Positions 51,570 to 64,000 of a stretch of 64,000 nucleotides of DNA are shown in pieces. The first letter of the stretch is position 1, and the number at the start of each line of letters is the position of its first letter. Source of the DNA: Balanoglossus misakiensis (taxonomy: Eukaryota; Animalia; Hemichordata); contig CM082576.2 in assembly GCA_040954595.2 (NCBI GenBank), forward strand, positions 19,267,028 to 19,331,027, read 5' to 3'. A program made the position numbers and the translations under genes. The notes below the pieces were generated by a model. That model ran no database searches, had not been told where the DNA came from, and saw nothing but the letters and a program-made list of their open reading frames with translations.

Positions 51570-53894
51570 AAGTTGGGTGTAAAAGTCTAAGTTGGGTGTA
51601 CTAACTCTCCTTGTTAACAGTAACTTTCAAAGAAACTGAGCAATTGGTTAAAAAGATTTGCTATCCAAAAACAAAGAAATTTACAACAAACTACCTAAAT
51701 ATTGACAACCAGAATTTAATCAAAGTTGCACATACATGTACATGTGTTATGAAATTGTTAACTAACTTCCAAAGCAATCAGGAACCAGATATTAACTGAA
51801 TATGCTCACGTGCAGTACTGTGATTGGTTGACAGAATAACAAGATTAGAAAAACCAGTTTTAAACCATTTTGGTTTATAGTGTATATGGTGTAAGGGTTG
51901 TGTGTTGCACCATTGTGAAATGTAAACATGTTTGTGGAATTGTTGCCTTGTCAATTTTTGTAAGGGGTTATGAGTCATGTACCCCATCCTGAACTGCATA
52001 AAAATAATAAGTCTATGGAATTCTAAAACTCTTTGATCAAAAATGGCAAGAAATATACCAAAAAGTATGAATATTTCACCAGATTTCAACAAATCTGATT
52101 TCTGTTCATGCCTAAGAACCTCTTTAACAAGTTTCAATAAGGTAGACATTTTGGCAAACAACAGGAAATTCAGACAAATCTGACTGATATCACATATATG
52201 AATTCCCATTCAAAGTTTCCAACCAATTGGACTTGTGGTATTACCGAAGACTATTTGGCCAAACCCTGCAGAAATTCCCAAAAAATACAATTATGCAAAT
52301 TTCATTACAATTTGATCATATCTGACTGAGATCACCCCTAGAAACCCAAATACAAAGTATCAAAACAATTGCACCTACATTTCACAGGATTGGATTTTTT
52401 GGCAAAAACAGGAAATATTGCCCAAAAATGCATTTTTGCAAATTTCACCACCGTTTGCACAAATGTGATTCAGGTAAGCCCTATGAACCTCCATACCAAG
52501 TTTCCAATCAATTGGACATGTAATTTCAGAGAAAAATTTTTTTTAACAAAACTGCAGAAAATTCCCCCAAAAATTCATAAAAAATAGGAAACGCCAGATA
52601 CTGACTCCACCTGAACAAAATCATACGAGGTCTTCCCAAAGTACTTGCACACCAATGCACGCCAATTTTTAACTTAATCTGATCCGCTGTTATTAAGTTT
52701 TTCAATTTTGACTATTTGAACATTTTTCCAGTTAATACCAGTATGCATTTTTTCGCAATAACAATTTCTATGTACACACTAAATATCAGTAGTTTCAAGT
52801 TTTTGATGTTGATGGACATACACATACATACATCAATACATTAAGACGAAACTGATCCATTCACAAAATACATAATTCTGTATGAGGCACACATACAGAC
52901 ATACATAGCCGACGGACACCAACTTATGCTATAAGCTGACATTTATATACATGTTAGCCAAAAACCAAAATCAACCTCAAAATAGACATTAAAATATATT
53001 GCACCACCATGAGAAGACAAATTCATTTTTTGACAAATTTTCTGGGGCGTCATTGATATAGCATGGCATATTGTCAAAGTACGTAGGCTCTGTGATAAGA
53101 TTCCATACACACAAAATGGTAACCTTGGAAGTCCAGCTGACGTAGTTATGCAATGGCGTCTCGTGTATTCCGTCGCCAAAAAATCATCGTAAACTAATTG
53201 ATAGTCGGGGTCACAATTCAAGACGACTTTCTCTAAATTCTTTATGAATGGATTAAATCGAAATCGAAATGTTGACGTATGACGTACGGAATGAGATCTG
53301 AACAGACATTCAATGTTATCATTCTCGCTCGATCACATATTGGGTAGGCCATCTAGCAATCGCTATATAGTATTGGCGATAACAGACTGTCTATAAACAC
53401 ACAAAACGGATTTTACTGTTGAGTGTGATCAACCGCCATGTTATTTTTCTCTGAACAATAGACAAATAGAAAGCCTGGTGACATTTTGAGATTGACTGCG
53501 TGAGGACCACAATATGTGTGAATCATTTACGGTTTGTCTTGATGAATGGGTCACGTCATAGTCATAACGCGGATTCGGCTGCACGCCAACTATCCGCCAT
53601 ATTGTCTCCACTAACTTACTCGTAAGTAGTTTCAAACTTCATTTGAAAAGAGTATTCGTCTGACGGTCCTGTAGATTAACAATTTACGCTCTATGAAGCA
53701 ACTAAACAACGTTAGCTTCCTTGTGGATTCACGTAGGGAAGTTATTCGTAACGACGGGTACAGCGTCTGAGCATGGACAGAACCACGGCAATATCGCCAG
53801 GAATGTCTCATTTCACAGCGCCCTCAAACAGTCGATCTCCTCAAACTATCGTTTCCACTGGTCATATATGCAGCATTAACGAAAGCTCTCATAG

Positions 53895-54117
53895 ACAACC
53901 ATGTAATAGAAAAATTAAAACTTTAATAACTTCATTAATATCAAAGCCACACCCACCAAAACCTTTCCAGTTCTTGCCATATGATATCTGAACCTGTGTA
54001 CTAAATTTGGTTGAAATCGGTTCAGCGGTTCTTGAGATATCGGGTATACAGACAGACACACACATACACAGACATCGCTAAACTATAAGCTCACGTGATT
54101 TTCAGGTGAGCTAAAAA
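53895..54117. mobile_element. End of a Helentron-associated non-autonomous element
   Basis: Core repeat, (CAGA/CACA)n microsatellite, palindrome agctcac...gtgagct, then an A run. Similar modules (aggtccca...tgggacct) recur at ~45710, 47740, 48215, 54900 and 55420. Confidence 0.65.
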
Positions 54118-54185
54118 TTGGGTTACCCCTAGGAATATTCCTACCATATTTCAAAGCCATCAAAAAAGCAGTTTCAAAGAAAAAC

Positions 54186-57100
54186 ACATTTGTTCAAAAG
54201 TGGCAAAAACACAAATATGCAAACATCTCTATAATTGTACACCATCTTACTTCAATCACTACAAGGAACATTCCTGCCAAAATTCAAAGCAATCTGACAA
54301 GGGTTTGAACGGTTTAACAGAAAACAGTTTTTGACAAAGATTGCAAAAAATATCCCCAATAACACAAGCACGCAGTTTTAACCATTTTTATGACATCTTC
54401 CTTGGGTTACCCCTGGGAATCTGCCTACCAAATTGCAAAGCATTCTGACCATAATTGGCAAAATTGCTCAAAATTATAAATATGCCTATTTTACAACAAT
54501 CTGAACAAAAAATATGGTAACTCGGACCACCCATAGGAAGCTTCATACTAAATTTCGAAGGAGTCGGACTATCGCTTTCAGAAGTGAAGATTTTTTTTTA
54601 CCAATAATGTGGAAAAAGACAAAAAAAATTAATAAACATTAGAAAATTCATAATATTAGCTCACAACATACAGGACTGTATGGGGTTCATTGACATACCA
54701 ATCTGACCAGTGGTTGTCAAGTTTCTGACTTTTGACCAATTTCACATTTACACAGGTAATATTTTGGCAATGACAATTTCATTTGAACAAAATCCCATCT
54801 ACAGCCCCGCCTGCATCTACACACTAAATATGGAAGTGATATGCCCAGCGGTTTTCATCCATTCACTCATACATACAAATGCAACTGATTCCATAAGGTC
54901 CCAATCGTATATATGTACATAAACCAAATGGGACCTAAAAATTGCTCCAAAATTATAAATACGCAATTTTTGGCAACAATTTAAACAAAACTATGGTTGG
55001 TAACTCAGATCACCTATGAAGCTTCATAATAAATTTCAAACAAGTCAGCTGATCAATTCCAGAAAAGTAGGTTTTTACCGACAATGTGGAAAGAGACAAA
55101 AAAAATGCTTAAAAATAGAAAATTCACATTATTAGCTCACAACATGTAGAATTGTGAGAGGATACCATAAGGTACATGCATACCAATTATCAATTTTGAA
55201 AGCAATTTGCCCAGTAGTTGTTGAGTTCCCAAGTTTTGACGAATTTGACACTTTCCCAGCTAATTTGCATATTTGGCAATGACAACTTCACTTAGACAAA
55301 CTCCCATCTACTGCCCTGTCTGCACATTAAATATCAAGGTGAAATGCCAGTAGTTTCCAAATGTTTGATGTTGATGGACATACAAACATCCATACATACA
55401 GGTGCAACTGATCCCGTAAGGTACCATGGTATAAATACATATACCAAATGGGACCTAATAATTCTGATAAAATGCGTACATACGTACATACATACAAGTC
55501 AGCAATAAGGAGACGGGATAGTGGGCTGGCACTGAGTGTCTATTTCTATTGCAAATTATAAACATGCAGCAAGTGTAAAAACCACATGTACCTTCAACGT
55601 CCTTGGACAACACATTTTTGTAACTTTCCCAGATCAATGGCTAATATTACTTGCCAAAGGCGACTAGAATTTTGGGAGCCTGATGCAAGTCTGATACATG
55701 TACTTCATGATTTAGAGATATGATGAAAATCCTGTCAACCGAATTACAGGGAAATCAGATTTTCCATGTAAAATCATATCACCCAAAAGTGTCAAAAATA
55801 ATTTTGAAACAAAAAGTCTACTCAAAATCATACCAAAATTTAAATGTTAATGCAGTACGTTAGGCAAGCAATTTGAGAATGAAGAAACTTACAAAATAAT
55901 TTATAAATTGTAAATAATTTACAAATGCCGCACACAAACTTACAATTACTACCATATTACTAAACATGTTAAAAGGACATTGTACCAGCAGAGACATTGT
56001 GATCGAGCAATCCCCAAGATATACATGACATGGTCTAATTACAAATATTGAATATGTAAAATATGTACACAACACTTCCAGTCTTACAGTACAGTCAGCT
56101 GCTTGTGAACAATAGTCATGTAGCTATTTCATCAAATTTACAGCCCAAGTCTTGCCTATACAATTCTCCCTACTTTAAACACGTTTTAAGCTACCCTAAA
56201 TGAGTGATGAAAATCTCATACGGTCGATAATTTCAAGATGGCCGATTTTTGCCATGTTAAAGAAATGGGAGTTCATAAGCTAAAATGATGATGGGTCATT
56301 CTTGAACTTTTTAACAGAAAAAATAGCAAAAGTGAAAAAAAGTTTAATATGCTAACTACCGAGACAGAAATGTTTGACCGAAGGAAGTCATGAAATACAG
56401 TAAACATATCATTTCTTCTATCTCTTACTACAGTTGGTTATGGACTTTCCGCCCAGAATGCAATGAGATTTGACACCTAGCGCAAAGTGAAAAACCTATT
56501 TAAGGCAGCCAGAATTTTCTGCATAGTATGACGGAAACATTTGTAAAGTCATGGCTAGCATGGGTTGGCAGGTTTATGGGACCCGCTCAGGTTCCCTCGA
56601 ATAACACATAATGCATGATTGGTGACTGATTATTGTTTATTTGTTGATTTTGTCACATTTTCAGAAAAATCCCTATCAATCAGTCATATTTGTTTGGCCT
56701 TGCTATACAGCGCAATATGAATCTTGTTGACTGAAATTGTTGAGGATAGTGGTACATAAAGGTTACCAATTGGAAAATATTAAAATGATTATTAGTGGTG
56801 TCCAACTCTTCATGATAACCAGTTGTGGCTTGCCACCACCATAATTTTAAAAGGGTGACTTCACTATTTGATGGGAAAAGGTAGCATTTACAAACAAGCT
56901 ATGGAGCATGTATACAGCAAGGTGTGCTTACCGGAAAGCGGTCTTGGATCAGGCCTAGGTATTCTCTTCCTCCTCCGGCATACATTGAAATGCTGTGTTT
57001 AAGACTGTGAATCAAATATATGCAAATATTAATTAGTAACCAATCAACCTTGCTTTAGAATTATGTGGGCCATACAAATTAGTGAAAATATGCAAAACAT

Positions 57101-58054
57101 GGTATAATATAGGGTCAGAAAAAATTTCCAGCCTGTTTGTGTCATGATTTACATTTTTCTTTCTGGCCTAAAGTATTGTTTTATTTCACTCTAAACAACA
57201 TTACTTTCCTTCATGCGTCTAATATAATAACAGATCTCTTAGCCAGTTTGATTAAGCATAGTGTTGGACTAGCACACGTTCAGCCAAAGTTAAAGTATCT
57301 CCCTGTGTATTGATATGGGAGTAATTTTAGCTATATGGTTAAAGGGACAAAGTCTCTCTGTCGCTGTCCTTTTTCCATTAATTATGTTTGATACAAGACA
57401 CTGTTTATGTCAATGTACATTTGGATATATAGTGAATAAATGATCAACCACACAAAACTTCCATCCCGCTTGTATGATATGAGAGTAAAAACTCGCCCAA
57501 AATGAATAAATGGTAAAGAACGATTATTCATTTTGGCGAGTATTTTTACTCTCGTGTCTACAAGTGGGACGGAAGTTGTGTGTGGCTGAACGTTCATTCA
57601 CTATATATCTACATGTAGAATAACAAACGGTGTCTTGTATCAAATATAATTAATGGAAAAAAGGGCAGCGAGAGAGAGACTTTGTCCCTTTAAGGAAATG
57701 CATCCACATTTATTTTATGCTCCACGTGAAGATTTGAACTTGTGAGTTGTCCATCTAATTCATGACATCACGATCATATCACAAGCAATCGAGGCCAGAA
57801 TTCGAAGGGGAAAAAACAGGTACATTGTATTGAAAGCTGGAATATGTAAATTAGTTCGTAGACATACATTTCTTCCTATTGTTTCGGTTGCAACACCCGA
57901 TAAAAGCAAATATAAAGCAAGTCATGCTTACCATTGAGCGGTCTTAAACTCGCCCCGGACAAGGAAGAGAATCCCGAGTTGAAACGCAGACAGTTTCAGG
58001 CAGCATCTGTGAATCAAATAGACATAGAAGTTAGTAACCAGTCATAGAAGCTCT
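54186..58054. repeat. Direct segmental duplication, copy B
   Basis: Collinear with 45978-51569; differs by several indels and transposon insertions. Confidence 0.85.
57343..57689. mobile_element. Full-length Kolobok-type palindromic MITE
   Basis: TTAA|agggacaaagtctctct ... agagagactttgtccct|TTAA; the empty site tatatggTTAAggaaatg is in copy A near 51220. Confidence 0.92.
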
Positions 58055-58209
58055 GCGTGGCAGGGCTGCGTGTTAACGGCTATACCATAGCTCCCACTGG
58101 TAGCTTATAACAGTCTCAATGGTGCCAAAAATCTCCCCAACAACAAAACCAACCCTGGTCAGTTTATTCGCTATCGCTTTGCCTTAAAAGTTATACTGTA
58201 GTGTGTTAC

Positions 58210-58624
58210 CACAGGGGGCTCCTCCCTCCGCATTTTTTATTGTTTGTTTGTTGTTGTTGATTGGCATAATAAACAAATACATATTTCTTTATTAATAAAT
58301 ATGGTTTGTTGACATGTAAGTGTTAGGGTATATTCAACAGTTAGGGTTACTGTTGGAATTTTTTTCGATCCACGGCCCCGGGCATCACTAAGCCACAGGG
58401 GGTGGGGGGGGGGGTTTGGGGGGGGTGATGCCGGCCATGGATCGAAAAAATGCCAACACTAATTCTAACCATTGAATATACCATAACCTGTCAAATATAC
58501 CCTAATAACCTAACCCTTACATGTCAACAAACCATATTTATTAATAAAGAAATATGTATTTGTTTATTATGCCAATCAACAACAACAAACAAACAATAAA
58601 ATCGCCTAGGGAGAGCCCCCTGTG
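58210..58624. mobile_element. 415-bp foldback element with CAC termini and a 7-bp target duplication (P/Galileo-like)
   Basis: GTGTTAC|cacagggggct ... agccccctgtg|GTGTTAC; the arms are near-perfect inverted repeats for ~90 bp and imperfect for ~180 bp. Confidence 0.75.
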
Positions 58625-61249
58625 GTGTTACGGTACCACCTGCTCCACAATAACAAAGCTGACTCGAGCCAACGAACGACGTACAATTTACTCGCACGGT
58701 GTAATATAACGCACAAATTCCATGCGACTGTGAGTTTACTGTTTGGTGCTGTAACGCTTCCCAAAGTCAGAATTTCGATGTTGGGGGGACCCTCTCGCCC
58801 TACCACGACCAGTTTTTGCGAGAAGGAGTGTACATGTACTTGTAAAATAACATTAAATGCCATGCTTACCAGAGAAACGACATCATCAAGCATGGAGGCG
58901 ACCGGGACCTCCATGCTTGATGAACGTCAAAGCTGCAATGATTTTTCAAATGCAATGGTCAGCGGTACGAGAACGAGGCACCAGCTGTGCGTCAATTATG
59001 CAACTTACTTACTACTCAATCAGAATCCTGCTTCAACATGACGTAACACTAATTAGTCAAAGAATGCAATGCAACGTATGTGTGCGGGTGGAGAATGCGC
59101 CTCACGTCAATGCAGACACACCAGACACACACACTGAAATGCAAATTGAGGAATTATGTCACGGTGTTCTTTGGAAGTGCGAATGAATAAAATATTTCGT
59201 TTTCTTCAGTGTTTTTGTACTACAAAAAAAATTGCTAAAAAACGACTAGCAAGCGCTTATGCAATGAAATACAAATAAATATAATTATCGCCAATTGGAA
59301 ATGGAACGTCAATCCGCATTTGTCAAAAAATAACAGAAAAGACAAAGGAGCTGAGACGTCCTAAAATAAAAGGAATGACCTCTCTGTTCTGACCTGTATG
59401 AGGAAGCCCTATTGTAATACGCAATATGTAGGATCATGCTACCATCCGCCATTCTGATTGGACGAGAGATCAATCCATCGATACGAAAGTACTCAATAGA
59501 GCACTGCTAAAACTGGCCCCTGAACTAATAGCATGCAACAGGGAAAACGTGACTAAATAAAAAAAAATATAGCTGATAAATTTACGGACGGCCGGTTTAT
59601 TTTTTAACTGCTCTATTGGAACTGTTGTCACTGTCATGCACGATGCATGTCTTGTCATTGCGCACTCGTGTTAACATCCATCAGAGCGCCTTTCGATCAA
59701 TTCGTAACGTTTACATTAGACTCGAGTTCATTTTCGTTATGAAAATGACATTGATATACACAAAGTCGATTACTGATATAAAATAATAGCAATAACCCTA
59801 ACCATAGATTAGGCTATAGCATTCCGGTATTTTTTTCAATATCACTCAGGAAGGATTCTATAACAGTCTGTTTTGTATCGGGATGTATAATTTAATATCC
59901 ATACTACAAAACAAATATCAGCGGTAACTCAGAAAATATTGTTGAAAATTTGTTCTCTGTAGGCCTAACCATGGTAAGATAATGCAATGCCGGTAAGTAT
60001 TTTGGAAGTCAAGGTTGCATTGTATTGTCTGGTGTTCAAATAATCACAAACATCCCGGAAGACTAAATTCTTTCTGTCAAAACCACTTCTGCAACGACAA
60101 GAACTTTCAGGGCAGGCAAAACCATGGCATGAAGACGATATGAAGTCGATGAGTTAATGTTATGTTGAACCCGGCCACTATACGTATCTTAACTATTCAC
60201 ACATTGACCATTCTATAATTCTCTCCCTTTTAATGTCTTCTTTGTGGTTTGTTTGTAAAAATGTTGCCTGTGTTGAAACTTGACTACTTGTCACTTTTGC
60301 CTACCAAGAATAATATGACCAAAAGGGGTGGCATGAAATTCTAGACTGTAACAAAACTCGCTTTCATGATCCAAAGTTTGATTTTATGTGTTTTTGGTTT
60401 GGACGTGGCAAAGACATGTAAATTCCGACCACCTATACACCATCCATACATGTATGAATCGACATCATTTATTGCACGAGAGACTTCAAGCAAGCATTCC
60501 ATCATCGCAAAAGGACAAAGAGAGAGCGACTTTGTCTCTTTAAATTAATTTAGCAAGTTCAAAGTGAATGCCCACATGAAAACCTTTACTCAGCAATTTT
60601 TTTTGTAATTAATAAAACTAGGTTTGGTATGTTTTTGTGCTTGTTTTATTTTCCTTTTGTCTATAAATAGTCGTATATTTTAAAACAGCTAAAATGAGTC
60701 AAATGGGGCATTTTTCCATCCCACCTCATCCTAGGTAAGAGCTTCAGTGCCGGTCACCTCCACAAAATTAATTTACCACGAACAAATTGAAATACAGCCA
60801 ATCGGAAAAAGTGCGCCACCACATGGTCATTTGAAGACTTTTATGCTCTCTTCTGGCCGTAAACGCATGTGATCTGGAATAAATCGAACATCGATCGTGT
60901 TTTATTTATTTTCACCACCAGCGAAAATCTACGACGGCCCAACCGCAGATTATTGCTGCTCCATACAACAACCGGCTTAAACTGTTCTGTGCATGTGTTT
61001 TGTGTTCTGGTGGCGTTTGCGGGTCTGAGACGTCATTTGTAGAAGGCCCTATTCGTTTTCTACCAATAACTTTTACCAACCATGCTAGAACTATTTCGTT
61101 TTCTTTGACGACGCTTGACACTTTTCTTGCTTTGTTGTTAGTACATGTAGTTTGTTTGTTCGTTACGTCTGTTACTGGGGTTCTTCACTTGTAGTCTGGT
61201 TACACTATGAGATAGGTGCCGTTAATCAGAATTTTTGGTAAGGAAGGTT

Positions 61250-62760
61250 TGAGAAGTCCATTCTATGTAAAAAATGGTGCTCATTCCAAAAAAGTCAGTC
61301 TTATTAACCCCACTCAAGACAAAATTGCCATTTTGGCCATTTTTAACCCCAAAATTGTCTTTTTTTAGAAAACACTAAAAACACATTGTTTTCGTCACAT
61401 TCTGAGATCTGATAACATATGATATGCTTATTCTATGTAAAATTTGGTGAATATTACGAAAAAAGTAGTTCGATTGACCCAAAACAACAGAAAATTGCCT
61501 TTTTGACCAATTTTTGCCCCAAAAACGTCATTTTTAGAAAAAAAATAAAACACACGGTTTTCTTCATAATGATTGATCTGGTGATATATGGAAAGTCAAT
61601 TCTATGTTAAAAGTGGTGACTTTAAAAAATAAAGCAGTCTTTTTGACCTCAATCAATACAAAAATGCCATTTTTGGCCACTTTTTGTGGTCAAAAAAGGT
61701 CATTTTTACAAAAAAACTAAAAATAAATTGTGTTTATCATATTCAGAGATCATTGGATATATGAAATGTCCATTCTATGTAAAAAATGGTGCTGATTCCA
61801 GAAATAGCAGTCTTATTGACCCTACTCAAGAAAAAATGCCATTTTTGCCACTTTTTGCCCCAAAACGTCATTTTCAGAAAACACACAAAATTTATATATT
61901 TTCTTCACTTTCGGAGATCTGATAATGTATTATATGCCCACCCTATGTAAAATCTGGTGATTATTCGAAAAAAGCAGATTTATTGACCCAACCTAATGCA
62001 AAAATGCCCTTTTGGAAAGTTTTTGCCCCAAAAGGCCATTTTTAGAAAAAAATTTAAAAACAAACTTTTCTTCATAAAGCTCAGAGATCATGTGATATAT
62101 GAAATGTTCATCCTATGTAAAAAATGGTGCTGATTCCAGAAATAGCAGTCTTATTGATCCTACTCAAGAAAAAATGCCATTTTGCCACTTTTTGCCCCCA
62201 AAACGTCATTTACAGAAAACACTCAAAATTTATATATTTTCTTCACTTTCGGAGATCTGATAATGAATTATATGCCCACTGTATGTGAAAAATTTCCAAA
62301 AAAGCAGTTTTATTGATGCCACTCAAGATAAAAGTGCCTTTTTGGCAAGTTTTTGCTCAAAAAGTGTCATTTCTAGAAAATACGAAAATTATGCCATTTT
62401 CTTCCCATTGGTGATCAAATGATAAATAAAAGTACTAAAAAACCCACTCTTACTGACCCCACTGAGGGAAAAAAATATCATTTTGGCCTCTTTGCTCAAA
62501 AAGGTAACTGTTAGAAAAAATAAATACAAACTTATTCCTTTATATTCAGAGCCCTTGTGATGTATGTAAATTCGTTTTTTTTTTTGTGTGTGTGTGCAAA
62601 AAATATGCTGATACCAGCACAACGGTCTTATTGAGACACCCCGCTCAGTACAAAATTGCCATTTAGCCATCTTTTGGTCAACAATAGGCATTTTCAGAAA
62701 ACAAATATAATTGATGTTTTTGCCTTTTGTGTTCTGATGTTGTATATGCATATTTAAAAC
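61250..62760. repeat. Degenerate ~170-bp tandem repeat array
   Basis: Motif ttctatgtaaaaaatggtg recurs at ~61261, 61431, 61600, 61774, 61943 and 62112. Confidence 0.85.
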
Positions 62761-63349
62761 GCCATAACCATATAATGTCAATTAAATTGATGATATTGAA
62801 AGACAGGGTTGCCACAATTTGGCAAATTTAGCCCAAAACTGAACTTAACAATAAGATGATCCATGTATACGCACTGTCTACTATAAGTCGATTATGCGTG
62901 GTGTGGAATATTTAGGTTCAGATATGCCAGCTCGGGAGAGAGTGTTGAAATTTATTCTCTTCAATCTGAATACAAAATCAGAAATTATATTATAATTTAT
63001 ATCATGATACCTCCGTCATACTGATTGGACAGGAGTGCAACGATGCTAGAATACTCAATAGAGCACTGCTAAAACTGGCCCCTGAACTAGCACGCAGCAG
63101 GGAAAATGTGGGTTTAAACTAAATAAACATAAAACCCTTGACGTTTTAATTTGGAACTGCTGTATGGGAATATTTGGGCAATGTGCAATGCCTTTCTTTT
63201 GTCATCTGTATCATGTTTAGAGCTTGGTCCCGGGCGGCGTGTTTACATTCATTGACGCGAGTTTTGTTCCATTCGTAACTTCTTTTCCTCTCGACGCTGT
63301 TTCATCATCATTATGAGTTCAACTTGGGCTAATTTTGCAAAAACTCCAA

Positions 63350-64000
63350 ATACAAACATTTTTTTCGGTACAAAATGGCTAAAATGATAATTTTTTCTTG
63401 AGTAGATCTATTTTTGGCTACAAATAGCAAAAAAGGCAATTTTGACAACCAGAGTGCCGTTTTTGGAATAGTCACCAAATTTTACACAGAATGGACTTTT
63501 CATACATGATCAGATCTCTGAATATGAAGAAAACAATTTGTCTTTAGTTTGTTTGTTTTTAATGAACATTTTTGACCAAAAAAGTGGCCGAAATTACAAA
63601 TTTCAATTGAATAGGGTAAGTAAGACTTCCGTTTTTGGAACAGTAACCACGTTTCAATATAGAATGGGCTTTTATTTATAATAAGATCACCGAAAGTGAA
63701 GAAAAGAGAATGCTTATTAATATATTCTTAAAAATAACAATTTTGTGCAAAACTTAGCCAAAAAGGTGATTTCATCATGGTTGAGGTAATTAAGACTGCA
63801 TTTCTGGAATCAACACCTATTTTACAATAAATGTACTTTTCACACATCATAGAATCTCCAAATAAGAATCAAACAGTTTGTTTATAATGATTTTCGAAAA
63901 GTGGCTTTTGGGGCAAAAACTTGTCAAAAAAGCACTGTTTTCTTGAGTGGCGCTAGTAATTTTTTTTTGAATTTTTTCACATAGAGTGGGTACATAATAC
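63350..64000. repeat. Same ~170-bp repeat family in inverted orientation, running off the window
   Basis: Reverse-complement motifs such as caccaaattttacacagaatggac and aagact..tttttggaa. Confidence 0.75.

Larger units (their letters stand above)
50197..58932 (-). ncRNA. Candidate spliced non-coding transcript made of micro-exons (58870-58932, 57932-58006, 56932-57004, 51447-51521, 50197-50269)
   Basis: On the minus strand each unit is bounded by a CAG acceptor (tttgattcacag or cattgcag) and a G|GTAAGCA donor. There is no long ORF and no expression evidence. Confidence 0.35.

Noticed and set aside
40300-62781. Many short ORFs in the track
   Set aside because: They overlap repeats or low-complexity DNA and show no recognisable domains, apart from the LINE tail at 40927-41136.

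Overview
Repeat-rich, intron-containing animal genomic DNA. The repeat landscape suggests a marine invertebrate; that is inference. The left third holds a decayed RTE-X-like LINE on the minus strand and 15 plus-strand exons of an uninflatable (uif)-like extracellular protein gene (C-type lectin - CUB x3 - Sushi/CCP x4 - Ca-EGF x2). Three of these exons are damaged, one is missing, and I found no downstream continuation. A ~13.9 kb satellite of 90-bp and 74-bp monomers with a ~1377-bp higher-order repeat follows at 23.6-37.5 kb; it produces most of the long ORFs in the track, which are artefacts. The right half is a mosaic of non-autonomous transposons (Kolobok-type TTAA, Harbinger, TA MITEs, Helentron-associated, one Transib/RAG-like, one Galileo/P-like), minisatellites and a multi-kb direct duplication. 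That duplication carries small minus-strand exon-like units with complementary cores, next to an exon-like unit that is almost entirely a hairpin; together they are a candidate spliced hairpin-RNA locus. All calls come from reading the sequence by eye; no database search was run.
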